Source of the DNA: Klebsormidium nitens
Lineage: Eukaryota > Plantae > Klebsormidiophyceae
Direction: 5' to 3'
DNA: 64,000 bases
Assembly: GCA_000708835.1 (NCBI GenBank)
Contig: DF237060.1
Location: 129,787 to 193,786 of the forward strand
Shown here: in pieces, positions 13,206 through 25,535 of the stretch
Numbering within the stretch: the stretch's first letter is position 1
Layout: each line of letters starts with the position of its first letter
Notes under the pieces: generated by a model
Database searches by the model: none
What the model was told of the DNA's origin: nothing
Seen by the model: the letters and a program-made list of their open reading frames with translations, nothing else
Made by a program: the position numbers and the translations under genes

Positions 13206-14566
13206 GGGTAATGGTCGCAGGTCGGGGCTTTAGCCGCTGCTGCACCGATCGTTTGGATCGTGGGGGAAAATAACGGGAGCTTGCTTGAAGGAACAACAGG
13301 CTAGAGAAAGGAGCTCTTGGCGAAGAGCTTTATCTGAAAGGAAAGGAGCTCGAACTGATATTCTTCAGCAGATGCCAGTAGGGGCGACCGGATAACCTCT
13401 GTTAGGATTGGAGGGCAAGAACGTTTTTGGGGCGAGGGTTTTCAATTAGCTGTTTTTAGGTTATGCTTTTAGAATAAGTGATCACAGAGATACGCTTGTA
13501 GTTGATTTGGTTCAGCTTACGTCTTTTCCTTTAGTCTTGTGTCACGAGCTCTTAGCCCGATTTAAGACAGGCTGGCCGAGCGGGCCCACCAGACGGCATC
13601 TTCGCGGCCGGTCGTTTCGACCGGCCAAGCAATATGGGTAGCCCACTAAAGTTGGTAGCTATAGCAGGCAGATTTGTAGATGTATTTTGAGTCGTTGTGG
13701 GCTGATTGCTGTGAAAGCCCCTAATCAACGAACTCCCGTTTGTGACAGAGCTTTTGGGTCGGCCCTCAGCTTGGTATCCCAAATAGATCTAGTTGCTAGA
13801 GCAGACGTGCAACTGTATATGCTGTAAACTCTGATATCATTGTGGGCTGGTTGCTGTGGAAGGCCCCTGTCCACGAAGCTCCGGTACTTGAATGAGTCTG
13901 ACCTTTCGGGCCAATCGTTTGCGTCAAACCATATGAAAAGTTTTAGGACTCATTGTCAACGACGTTCACTCAGTGACTCGACGAGCACAGAAATTTGCCG
14001 GCGCAGCGGCAAGGTCCTTCTTCGTGTCTTTGCACGCGTGAGTCTTTGTTTGTGTATACGTCGGCGTCTGCACCTAGCTTCGGTGCGGATCCGTTTTGAT
14101 CTCATCATGCTTAAGTACCGGCAGCAAGAGACTTTTTGACGCTCCCGACGGTGAACCGTTATGTGTCGGACAGTACGTGTAGGCTAAAGTTTGCAACATC
14201 TCATTGGATCAATAAAAGCTATAGCTGTATCGCACTGCACCGTCATGATCCTTTACAATCTCCTGCGACATTCATTGGGCCTCCGAGGACATTTGTGAAG
14301 GTGCCGGCTTCATTTGCATATATGCACGAGCGCAGTCGCGCCGGGGCGTGCCATGATGTGTCATGCGTTAGTGGTGCTCGTTCGGTCTTATTTGCAAAGC
14401 GAATTTGGACAGGCAAATTGAATGTAATTCCGCCGGACCTACAGACCGATCGGATCACCGGCATCGATTGAGGTACATCATCTAGCATTCGGGCGGGTGC
14501 ATGTAGGGGCTGAATTCACCATTCTACAAAGCTAGCGCTATGCACAACGGTTGCACCCGCCCACTT

Positions 14567-15450
14567 TCAAAAGATATCAGAGTTGCAACATAGGTTCACG
14601 GCATACGGCACCGTTGTGAACAGCTCTGCAATAAGCTCCAGATCTTTCGTCAGAAAGCGCCACAGCTCTTCGGGGCTAATCCTATGCGCCCGCAAATCCC
14701 GGTCCGTTCCTGCCAAGACCGCCTGCCTTTGTTCCAACCTCTTACGTAGCTTTGTCAGGGGGTTCTTCACCCCCTCCAAATCAAGGAGGGTCTGATGCAC
14801 GGGATGCTCCTGGGATCGTTTTAAAACCCGTTCAGAGCCTCAGATTTTGCTTCAGCCGTTCTGATTGATTGCGCTGGGACAAAGGCGACCTCCGTCCCCG
14901 AGCAGAACTCCGATGGCTTGTCTCCGAATGCAACGCGGAGGGAAAGCTAAAGAACGGAGGCTCTTCTAACTCGGTAAATGCAGCTACCGGAGTAGGGGGC
15001 TTCGAAACACCGGGTGGTGGCGGAGGGGGCTCCGAAGGGCCGGGTTGTGGCACCGTGGGGGCGGGATGGGGAACTAGAGGTGGCAGTCGGAGGTCACTGA
15101 TTGTCCGGAGGGGCCCCGGCCGGGGGGGTGCTCAAGGGGGTCGAGGGGGGCGCTAGGGGCGGGACACGGACCCGAGGAAGGGCGATCCGTGGCCGGAAGC
15201 GGCTAGGGGGGGAGGGGCCGGGACGAACGTGGGGCTGGGCAGGAGGGATGCGAGCATGCGGTCGCGGGGAAATATGGAAAGGCGGCCGCGGCCGCCGATT
15301 CGGCCGACCAGGGGCGGGGGGTGTGTCCGGCGGTCGGGGAGCGGAGGGCCCGGTTCTGCCCCTGCGGGCAAGTCCCCGGGCCGAACTTCCTCAGCTTTGG
15401 ACTCGTCGGCGCCCGCCTTTTGCAGCTGAACTTGGATGAACGTCAGCGCG
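14567..15450 (-). other. Coding-like Pro-rich/helical gene fragment abutting the 3' end of the pseudogene copy
   Basis: GC-rich ORFs 14832-15053 (PQPGPSEPPPPPPGVSKPP...) and 14567-14800 (TLLDLEGVKNPLTKLRKRLEQRQAVLAG...), the latter preceded by a CAG acceptor. No match to the intact paralog; identity unknown. Confidence 0.3.
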
Positions 15451-15451
15451 G

Positions 15452-18400
15452 GGGGCTCGTCGCTGCATCCCTCTCCCTCCGGTAACTCTCCACAAACTGC
15501 CGCTCGTCGTGGGCACGTGCCTCAGCCTGCCCGGTTGCCTCCTTCCGTGCAGTCTGGGCGCCGCATTCCTCCTCTGCTTTTCTGTTCTTGGAGGCGCCGC
15601 TCGAGCGCCCGGGCGGCCGCGAGGCCCTCCTCGGTTGCTCGACGGACTTCCGTCTTGGCCTGGAAACCGGAAAAGGTCGGCGGTAAGAATCTCCATCATT
15701 TGATGCCTCACTTTGCCTTGCGAGTTTCATGAGTCGGATCAAGGCAAGAAAGTAACGTCCAAGGAGACAATCGAGCTTTGCTTGGGCTCTGGAGTCCCCG
15801 TTACGAGCGCTCAGGCGATGGGAACGTTCTTGCACAGCCTCCTGGTCGCGAGCTCCCTACTTTCGTCGTATGGAAAATGACAAGCCCGGCCCTACCAACA
15901 CAACCGTATTTCCGCTAGGCAGCAACCGCCTTTCAAAGAGCCAAGCAAGAAAGCGGACGAAAAGACCTACAAGAGCGCTAGTTGTTCGTAGGAGCTCGCG
16001 GACTGTGACCTGGGCCTGGCGAGAAAAAGAAAAGATAGGACGAAATGAAGAAATAACTCTCCCTTGAGAAACCGTTGGCATTAGAAGGAGAAAAGGTAGC
16101 GTCCAAAGCGCACCTCTTCGTCCGCCTTGACCAGCAGTCCCCGCACGCGCTGCATCTCCCCCTCCAACTCTGCTACTCTGACCGCGCCACCGTTTCCGTT
16201 CCGCTCGCAGTGCTTCCGCCTCCCCCCCCTTCCGTCGGAGTTCCGTCTCGCGGAAGCCCACTAGCGCCTCAAGCTCTGCTAGCTTTCCGGCGGCTCGCAG
16301 CCGCTCTTCCTGAGCGGCCGCTGCCGCCCGAAACAGGGCCTTTTGGTGGTCTACTTCCAGGGCGTGCAGGGCCTTCTGAGCTGACGTCACGTGCTGGTGT
16401 GCCAGGTGGCACTCGGCGGCCTTGCTCTGGAGCTGTTCTTGCAGACTGCGGGAAAGGAGGGCCTGAGGTCGGGAACGCAATGCACCAACTACCGTACAGG
16501 ACATCTGGTTCCTCAAGTCCATTGTAGCTGGTTCATAGGTACGAGGTTCAACCAAACGCACGCACAGATTTAGAGAGGCTGTGGGCTTCTGTTTGTTGGG
16601 ACTGCCTACTTATACTTCTTCTAAGTGACGCACCGTCCGTGACAAGTTCCGACGGCCTCGTGCTCTCGCTCATGTTCCTATCAGCCACCATCTTTTTGCA
16701 TGCTGTATAACAAGACATTCTTTTGTCGCAATCTGATTGAGCCGACGTCCTGGCAGCGATCATCTATGATTCTACCAAAAATAGATACGTTTGAATTCAA
16801 CGGCGATCCTTATCCTCAATTTCACCCTCCTCGGAGCGCTATTATTAGCTTCTGAAAACAAGCCCTACTGTACACTACCCAAGCTACATAATCACACATA
16901 ATAAAGCAAGAGTCCTACTCGCGCTCCTTACCGGCTAACTTCCGCGTCCAGCTCCGCCCCCTCTGCGCGCGCCTTCTTGAGCTTCTGCCCCAGAATCCGC
17001 TGCGCCGCGATCGCGCTCTTCTTCGCCTGCGCCTCCACGCGCAGTGCTGCCTCCAGCCGCTCGCCGGCGGCTTAAAAGCCTAAACCCTCCCCCCGCGCGG
17101 CCGCCAGCTTTGTCTCCAGCCGCATAGGTATACTCTTTCCCTAAGCCACTGGCTTCTTCCAGAGCCGCGAAGTGCGTGCGCGCGCGCCCCCGTCCTCGGC
17201 CGCCGCGTTCTCCAGCAGCGGGGCGCTCTCGAGGACGGAGTGTGAATGGGCGCCCCCGATCACGAGGACCCGGTGACCGTCGAACACGGCCTGAACGCCC
17301 ACCTCTGCGGGAAGGAATCCAGCGAACTGCCACGTGGCAGCACTTTTTCCCGTCTCGTAACTCTCCGGATTCCAACCGATACTCGCGCTTTTCCTCTTGG
17401 TTTGCTCGCGGTTTCCGAGCGGTCCGCCTTTTCCGGACGCCTGTCGTCCTCATACGCGATGGCCCACTGAACTTCGTCGCTCCCGCAACCCCCCCCGGTG
17501 CGCTCAAACTCGCCCGCACTCTTGCCACGCCTTTCGTCGTCCCGCTCTCGTGCCAACATTCAGATCGATCTCTCGCAGCTCTCGCCGCGACGCCTCCAGC
17601 TCCCCGACCAGCGCCACGTGGTCGGCTGCTGACGTCATCGGGGCTCTTTGGAGCCAGATGAAGCCGTCGATGTCGAGCGTGTACACGTCACCAGGTAGTC
17701 GGCTCCGTTGAAGGCCGCCGTAAATGAGCACCTGACGCCCGATGGCAGTGGACACGTGGCCTCGCCTGGTGGCCGGTATGTCCCCAACGGGGTCGACTCT
17801 CCCTCCGCCATACCATGGGTTTCAGATCCTGTAGTACAACAAGAGATTCTAATTGAGATTGGAAAGAGGAAGAGGGATTCAAAACACTTTAATCCCACCA
17901 AGTAAATGCAGACGTCTCTGACGACGATCGCACTAAAGCTCCCTCATGAAGCTGGGTAAGGAAGATACCAGCAGAGCACCTCCACTTCACCAAGCTGCTC
18001 TTGCACCGGCGTCCAGGAGCTTGCTTCCACTCCCGTGATTCACTTCAAGAAGACCCCCAATAACGCTGACAGCGCACAGAACAGTGAGTCCTCTCGCAAA
18101 GTGCCAGCTTGCATCGGTTCCGCAACTTACTAGGACACGAAAACAATTTCGCACTGACCAGCACATACAGGTCGCTCAGATGCGCCTGCCCGTCGTAAGT
18201 CCCGTGCACCAACACCAGGTCCCAAAGGCTTCAGGATTTCGAGCGTTAGCAACTCATGAATATAGCGCTTAGGGTATTATCTCAACTTACCAGCGCATAG
18301 AGGTCACCCAGATGCGTCTGCCCGTTGTACCCCCCGTGCGGATCACTAGGTCTCCGAGCGCCTCCATCACGTGGACCCTCCGTGCCCGGGGGGGATCCCC

Positions 18401-21400
18401 GGCCACCACCGGCTGGCTCCACTCCCAGCGGTCCAATTCAGCACCCACCCACCCACCCACCCACCCAATTCAGCACCCACCCACCCACCCAATTCAGCTC
18501 GTTCAGCAGGCCGGAACCGGAACGGTACCCGCCAAAAAGGGCCACGTCGCGGCCGGAGGGCAGCAGGCAGCAGGAGGCGTGGGAGAGGGGGCCGGGGCGA
18601 GCGCCCATGCCGAGGTCGGGCTGTGACCAGTGGAAAGTGCCTGAAGGGCGAAAAGTTGTTTAAATTTAGTGCAGAAGTATGAAGGGTGTAAAGTATGCAA
18701 ACGATGGGCGATCCATCTGGCTCAGTGACTAACCCCACTCTTATCTCTGACACGCAATAATCGGACAATCCAGATGCGACTGAGAAAAGTAGACAAGATG
18801 TACGCAGGCCAAACCATGCCAGAATCAATCAAACCAAGGACAACGAGCCGGAGACAGCTTCGTGCGAAGGAGGTGCTGAGAATCTGTGGGATTAGACGAA
18901 TAGAAGTGGTGCTTCTAACACCCTATTGCCATGAACAAGACCAATTGCCCACTTGACGAAAAGCACTAGAAGATCGTGCAGGCGCTGAAAAACATCTTAC
19001 CGATCGTGCAATTAATCCTTCAATCCTGCTTTGTTAAGAGTAAGTATGCCGGCGAGCTTCGTGTAGAAAAAAGCAGACCTCCAGTACGCGGCCAGGCTGG
19101 TCTGCATCGCACCTTGTCTGGGTAATACTCTGTTGACCATTTTGTTGGAGGATTTCGTAATCTGAAGGGCAGATGGTCGCCGCTTGTCAGTGGGGAAGAG
19201 AGTAGGCCTGCTTTTCTTACCTCCGTCGTCGCTCACATTCAAGACGTGTAAGTCCGCCAGCTCCTCGCTCCCATCGAAGCCCCCAAAGACGGGCTGCATC
19301 CGCCGCCCGGGGATGGCGCACGCGCAATGGTCGTTGCGCGCCAGTGGGGCTTCCGACGATTCTGACATCTCCTCCGTCCAGGCTTAATATTCTGTGTTCA
19401 AAAGACGGTGACATGAGATGCTCAGTTGAAAGACGGTGAGGATGGATGCTCAGGTGAAATCTCCTTGAATCACCTCTGTAGTACTCATCTTTTACGGCCA
19501 TGACAAAATCGTCAAAGTGGGGATTATTCGATTCGCATTGCGATACTCGTATAGTCCCTGCGGCCAAACACTCACAGCTTCCGACCCAGGCAAGCACAGA
19601 CAGTCGCAACAAGGAGTCTGACTCCACCCTAGGTCACGCTTGCTCTATAGCAATAGAAGGAAAGAACTGGCACAAAATGGTTGCCACGTCATCCTGACAG
19701 GCACTTGCGATTGTGCGGGTAAGCCGCGACCTACCGTCCAGCATCCCACTGCTCCGGGAACAGGAAATCGCGCGCTCGCAAGATCTGCTGACGCGAGCAG
19801 TGTGCGCCTCTCCGCCTGGTACTCCTCCAGCCAGGACAGAGCCTCGTGCTCTGCGCCGTCTCGGCAGCAGACAGGTTGGCTTGCAACTCGTGCATCCGCT
19901 TGGAGAAGCGATCGGAGGAGTCCTCGAGCTGAAGACGAACGCCCTCATCTGAAGAGTAGAAAGAATCAAATCTGTTGCAGCAGAAACCTTTCGAATCCTC
20001 CTTTTGGCAGACGCAAAAAGCACGCGCGGTCATGAGCATTGATCGTATGTGACGACAGCGAGTATGGGCAGCATGGGTCCTCCCAGAACAGAAGAAAGCA
20101 CTAACGGATTGCCAAAAGTGTCCGGTTTCAGTGGAAGGCATGTGCGTACATCAGTCAATGAGGCAACTGAACAAGGAGCAGTCCGTTATGACTGTCATGA
20201 GCGTCATGAAATTGAACGTGTCACTCCTGAATGTCAAGTACTAGGTTCTTCGATGTCATCCATCAAAAAAACTCTGGAGTGCAAGCCGTTTGCACTCGAA
20301 TCAGCATGAACTTTCAGAGACTTACTGAACCCTGTTGTCTTTCTATTGTATGCCACAGCATATGCGTGCACGGTGCGTCTAGACTCACTTGTCATCGACT
20401 TCCACTCCACAAACGCCCTCCTCAAAGCACTGCGCCGGACCCGCTGCAACCCCCTGCTGACGAAAGCGCGGTGCCGCTTCCTTCCGACACACAAGCTACT
20501 CCACGCTCTCAGCAGCGTCTGCTTTCTCCTCAGGAACATTCTGTCCTTGAATGCTCTGACCGTTTCGCAAAGGCAACCCAACCCCACCTCTGAATTTGAG
20601 CCGCCCTCTTCTTCTGAATCTCCCGGCAACAAGCCCGCAGTACGCGCTTCCGCTCGACCAACTCGCACCAGCCCCACAACATAAGTCCTCGATCCCGGGC
20701 CTGCCATGTTTTCCTGCTTTCAGCCCCTTTCGCAGCTCCTCCCTTCTCCATATCACCAACAACTTCCCCAACAGCTTCCTTTTCTCGCTGCTCTAGCTGT
20801 CTCCCTCCACCCCCCAATGCGTTCAGCATAACCTGCGCATCCACTGCTGCCTGGGCCCGGTCTAAGAGCCTCTGCTTAAGGACAGAGGCCTTGCACAGCA
20901 AGGAATTATTCTGCGCCTCCCTCTGCAGTAGCTCCCGGGACCAATTGCTGCTCACGCTCTGCCAGGGCCTTCTGCTCTAGCGAAGCCAGCTCCGCAGCGT
21001 CCAGCTGGCGCTTCAGGGCTTGGTTCCTCCGCTCGAGGTCCAGCAAGGCTGAGTTCTTGTGCCATTCCCATTGGGAGCCTGGGACCTGCACAGAAAGATA
21101 AGCTAAGTTGCCTCTCTGATGGAATTGATTGATCCTCCCTGTCTACGGATGTTGGTGATGAACTTGAAAGCCTTGAAGCTAAGTCAGAGAGGATGACGAG
21201 GTGTCACGTTTCTAAGTTTGCTCTTCAAAAAAGGCTTTCAGAGAGTCTTGACCTGAAAGCATGCCCCTCGGTGATCAGCTTCCCTTCACAGGTCAACCTT
21301 CTTGCGGACCTCATAATTGGCGCGGTTTTGAATTCCAAAAAGAGGGCCACCTATTGGCTCAAAAGAGCTGTCGAAGTTACCAACCACCACAGGACCTGGC

Positions 21401-22419
21401 GTTCCCCAAGCAATGTCGTGAAAGGTGGTTCTTCGGAACACCCAAGGGGTGCAACGTAAAAACCAGAACGGCCAAGGAATCCAGCAACTGTCACAGTTCA
21501 GTCACATAATGAACGGAAAGTAACAACACTTGGTGTGGACAAGTGTGTCTTTTCCTGGACAGCTGACTGCTTGGAGCAGAAAGTTTCAGCAAGAAGAAAA
21601 GTTCATTCCCAGCAGCATACCTTGATCCGCCAGACGCCCTCAATTTCAAATGCGCCGTCTGCTCCATCAATAGCAGAGGGGCCCCTAATTGATGCTGACA
21701 ATTCCTCAAGGTCGATCTTCTCCTTTTCTGGCCCGCTCCCCTTTCGAATACTTGCAGCTTTGGCGTTTGAGCTGCTTCTGCCAACCGATCTTGGAGCGAT
21801 TTGTTCCTGGCCTCTAGATCCGGAAATGTGCCATTCTTCTGGTACTCCCATTTTGAGGCTGAAGCCCCTGATAAAGAGCAGAGAAGAAGAACTTTTTTAT
21901 CTCGAACCTTTCAGTCTGCTTCTAGAAAAGTCATGTCAGGGCCCACTTCAAGGACTGACCACCTTGGACCTTCAAGGGTACTCAAGCTTCAACATCTGAC
22001 AGTTCTTGATTCATTCCATCTTTCCAAATCACCCCATACGATTGCCAACCACCACGACATCACTGCTACTCCAAGCCTAATCAGAGCTCAATTCCTATTG
22101 TAATGAAGGTGCTACTTGTGCTGATTTCCACCTGGCTATCCAACTATCGATTAGACACGTCGACAAACCATGGAGCCAGCTTGCACCAGTCCTAATTAGC
22201 TGGACTGCTCCAAGAAAAGGAGAACTTATCACAAAAAGTCCCCTTCTCAATTGAGCAACTTCCACACGCGCGCGACCTTCATGAGAAAGTGGAAGGAACC
22301 TGCCACATGCTACAGTGGTGAGGATTGTCAACCTCCAGATGCATTGCATAAGCTTTTGGTCTACCGCCTTGGCCCAAAACGCTCACCTGTCTGGGGCTGC
22401 CAGTAGCTCCGAGCTCCAT
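15452..22419 (-). pseudogene. Decayed inverted duplicate of the Sfi1-Kelch-coiled-coil gene at 31.8-40.6 kb
   Basis: Exon-by-exon and intron similarity to 31.7-39.65 kb (MELGATGSPRQ first exon 22419-22387; EAPLARNDHCACAIPGRR ~19.3 kb; VRRATEEG exon ~15.6 kb). Lesions: 1-nt deletion in exon 2 giving TAG, frameshifts at ~20.9 and ~20.8 kb, ~0.5-kb deletion in the Sfi1 exon, loss of the first Kelch exon, (CACC)n insertion in a Kelch exon. Confidence 0.85.
18434..18497 (+). repeat. (CACC)n microsatellite with duplicated CAATTCAG-CACCC unit inside the pseudogene Kelch exon
   Basis: caattcag-cacc(cacc)n-caattcag-cacc(cacc)n-caattcag; the intact paralog (36.62-36.64 kb, opposite strand) has only cagttccagcacccacagctc. 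Confidence 0.9.
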
Positions 22420-23139
22420 TGTTTGCCCACCGAAGGACCTTCCGGGGATTTTACAGCGCTGCACAGGACGCTGCACAGTCAACGTTCTGCCACGAAAGGT
22501 CAAACCCCATCATCGAAAGAGAAGCCTGCACAGGCGGAAGTGAGAGCACAATTTGGCCCTCTCAGGAGTCTGATACCTAACTCGGGCCCGGGCCCCCGGG
22601 GTGCGCATGACGTCACTAGCATGCAGTACCGGTAACTTATAAGTTACAGTTCTGTTCGCGCACGGGAGGTCGACAGGAGCCGTCACACCAGGCAAACGTC
22701 AGCCGACGGGATTGCCACCCGGTCGACTCAATCGAGGTGCGTCGGCCGAAAAGCCGACAGAATCAAGGTGTTTTTGGGGTGTTTGGCTAAAACAAGCCGA
22801 CCGGTTCAAAAGTCCAGCCGACCGACCGCAGAACAACTCGGCCTGGGGCGGACATACGGTAAAAACTCCGTGTCGAACGCTGGTGAACAAACACTTACAC
22901 GTTTATGAGTTGAAAAATTAGCGGCGACATTACCGGGAGCCCCTACAAATTCCGGTAGACTGTCCACCGTGGATACCTACCGTAGTAGGCTAGTACACAT
23001 TGCTGCATTCTCAGTGCTCACACGCATCTGCATAATGCACTCTGCTTCTTTCATGGCACTCTCTTCGTTACCAATGATACCAACGACCATGCCTCTCGGT
23101 GCATGAGAGACAGAGTTTGCTCACCACAATCTCTGCTCA

Positions 23140-24315
23140 GTGGTTGGCAATCGAAGCACGAGGCAAGATGTCCAGCGGAGGCACAACCCCGGCGCCCTCG
23201 CCAGCACCCGCTGGCAAGCATTCTACCTGCACCCGCTGCTCTTCTTCCACACACATTGCTGGGTTTGGTTCGCCATCTACTTGTTCACCATTCTGGCGGT
23301 TATGGGGGTGTGCTGCTGGAAGTACTGTATGCATGCCTGCTGTAAGAATATGCTCAAAGTACCCATTGAAAACTTCCACAAGCTGTACTTTTGGACCATT
23401 CAATACCACTGCACGTCCCGCTTCTGCTTTCAAGCGCAGCTGCCCTTCGCAGAGATTTTTTTGGAGTGGTGCGAGAGCAGGGCCAAATATCATGTGAAGG
23501 GGATTCCTGTACCAGAGATCACCATCCAAGTGGTTAGCAGCGCACACTGGCTGTCTCTAGCGGGGCTAGCCTCTACTGCTGCAGTCCTAACCATTTTGCA
23601 GAAGCTGGATGGAGACCATGGGGATTACAAGATTGCCAACAGGAATACAATAATCACCTTCTTTCTAGGCCTTTTGGCAATGACTGCCATGGTTCTGGTC
23701 GGCGTGGTTGACTGCGCGAATCGCTTAGAGGCGGCCGCGGTCCAATGGGTGATAACCACAGCGCTTCATGCGCTGAGCCCGGTGGAGCTTGCCTTTGGAG
23801 TTGCAAACGGCATCAGGCTGCACACATTCCAGCAGGCGCTGCAAGGCAAGGGGCCAGATGCTACGGAGCAGTGGGGGGATATGAAAGGCTCTGGGCACGA
23901 AGATGGCACTCCTTGCTACACTCAGATATTCACCCAAGGAGTTGACCCGCTGTCCGGCGTTGCTGCATTGTATCCCGGGGATCTGCCTCTGAAAGCACTT
24001 GCCACAGGGCTGATAATGGTGCTTTCCTCGGTTGGCATCTACTACACAGATGCGAAAACTGATATAACAACTGCTGTTATCGGTGTAATGGTGTTGTATC
24101 TTGGGACAGCTGCGCTATGCATTCAGTACGTCCTCAACCTGAGGCTGGCAGCCATCAAGTTGACAAGAGCTGCTGAGAGGGCCTACAATGCAGCAGGGAT
24201 TGCTTACTGGGTACCTCGCTGGCCAGCATTTAGGGGACCAGGAAATGGTGATGGTTATGAACCAGATAGACTGAGGAACATTCTGAAGCGACAAGCAACT
24301 CAGGAAAGTCAATGA
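23140..24315 (+). CDS. Orphan single-exon ORF, 391 aa, predicted multi-pass membrane protein
   Basis: Long stop-free ORF with about five hydrophobic stretches (WVWFAIYLFTILAVMGVCCW; WLSLAGLASTAAVLTIL; IITFFLGLLAMTAMVLVGVV; LATGLIMVLSSVGIYY; VIGVMVLYLGTAALCIQYVL). No family recognised; start codon uncertain. Confidence 0.5.
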   Translation: MVGNRSTRQDVQRRHNPGALASTRWQAFYLHPLLFFHTHCWVWFAIYLFTILAVMGVCCWKYCMHACCKNMLKVPIENFHKLYFWTIQYHCTSRFCFQAQLPFAEIFLEWCESRAKYHVKGIPVPEITIQVVSSAHWLSLAGLASTAAVLTILQKLDGDHGDYKIANRNTIITFFLGLLAMTAMVLVGVVDCANRLEAAAVQWVITTALHALSPVELAFGVANGIRLHTFQQALQGKGPDATEQWGDMKGSGHEDGTPCYTQIFTQGVDPLSGVAALYPGDLPLKALATGLIMVLSSVGIYYTDAKTDITTAVIGVMVLYLGTAALCIQYVLNLRLAAIKLTRAAERAYNAAGIAYWVPRWPAFRGPGNGDGYEPDRLRNILKRQATQESQ

Positions 24316-24532
24316 GGCAACCCTCAGTTTCACGCTAGCAGGTCAACTGACCTTTAAAGAGTTTGCACAAGATTACTTTCCATCCCGGTGGAAAGTACTG
24401 ATTTGGCCGATACAGGAGCTGATACTTCCTTTCAAACATGAGCCTGCGGAACATCCACCAACCAATACTATACCAGAATTTAGCTACAAGCCTGAGGAAA
24501 CCTTACAAAGACTTGAGAGCTCTATTAGAGCA

Positions 24533-25535
24533 ATGGCCACCCTTTCCAGGTTGCCCCATGGGAGCAATCTAATGATCAATGAGGTCAGATGTGGTGAACG
24601 GAAGGTGCTCATCAGCAACACTGGAGTCTTTGACTCACAGCAATTCAGTGATCGCCTTGGAGTGGCAGTCGTCCAGGATCTTCTGGCTTTGGCTCACAAG
24701 GTTCAGCGCACGACCAGAATACCTGAGGAATATTCCGTCAATTGGTGGCAAGCACAGGTGTCCATGGAAGAATTCATTGGTACAGTGACCAAGTACAGAA
24801 GCTTGGCCAACAACCCCTCTTATGCCCCCGGAATTATTGCTACTCTAGGGGGCAATGGTGCATTCAGGCCGCATCGACTGCTAGCATCTCAGCATCCCAG
24901 GAGGTTCGGAAGTCCGAATCCAGGTGAGCAATCAATCCGCAAAGCCAATGATTATCAGTGCTCTAGCTATCCTCAGGCAGTTAGCAATCCACAATCAGAG
25001 CCTTACACACATTGTAAGGAGATTTATAATCTCAATCATTGCTGGTCGGCTGTTCAGTGCTTTGCATGTCTGTGCGCCTCGTTGTTTGGCATGGACCATA
25101 CTCTCTCGAGCCCAAGTCCCTTGCAAAAGTTTCGCCATATCACCAAGGCTTTGGAAGAATACATGTTCTCCGTTAGGAATCAATCGTCAATTAGGTCTGC
25201 CAGGATGGACCTTTGTTGAGAATGCATGTATTAAAAATATGCCATACGCTTTCTGTGATGTGCGAAAGGATCTCTTGGAGCTTTTTTACACCGTGTTGGC
25301 CCTGTTGAGCGGCACCAGATATCCTCTCTCGCTCTCCTATAGGAACTTCTTATGTGGTCTACCAATCGGTGATTTTGGTACCTTGTTGTGTCACCGAAAT
25401 ACCGAAAGCCTATGCATCGGAATAAAGCCATTTTCCCCTACTCTGACAATTGTCCTACATGCAGTGCCGGCAGCCAACGGTGACGGTGCCGGAGACAATG
25501 CAGGGCAAGCGCAGGCCAATGGTGAAGCGGTTTGA
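24533..25535 (+). CDS. Orphan coding region (228-aa ORF 24533-25219 overlapping 203-aa ORF 24924-25535); may be one spliced or frameshifted gene
   Basis: Two overlapping ORFs; a strong donor CCAG|GTGAGC at 24924 suggests splicing. No family recognised. Confidence 0.35.

Noticed and set aside
13606-13626. Perfect 9-bp hairpin GGCCGGTCG-TTT-CGACCGGCC as terminator or Helitron end
   Set aside because: No U-tract or nearby CTRR terminus; eukaryotic context; could be chance.
22955-22995. Helitron-like 3' end (short hairpin then CTAG|T)
   Set aside because: Stem only 5 bp and no matching 5' TC end or RepHel ORF seen.
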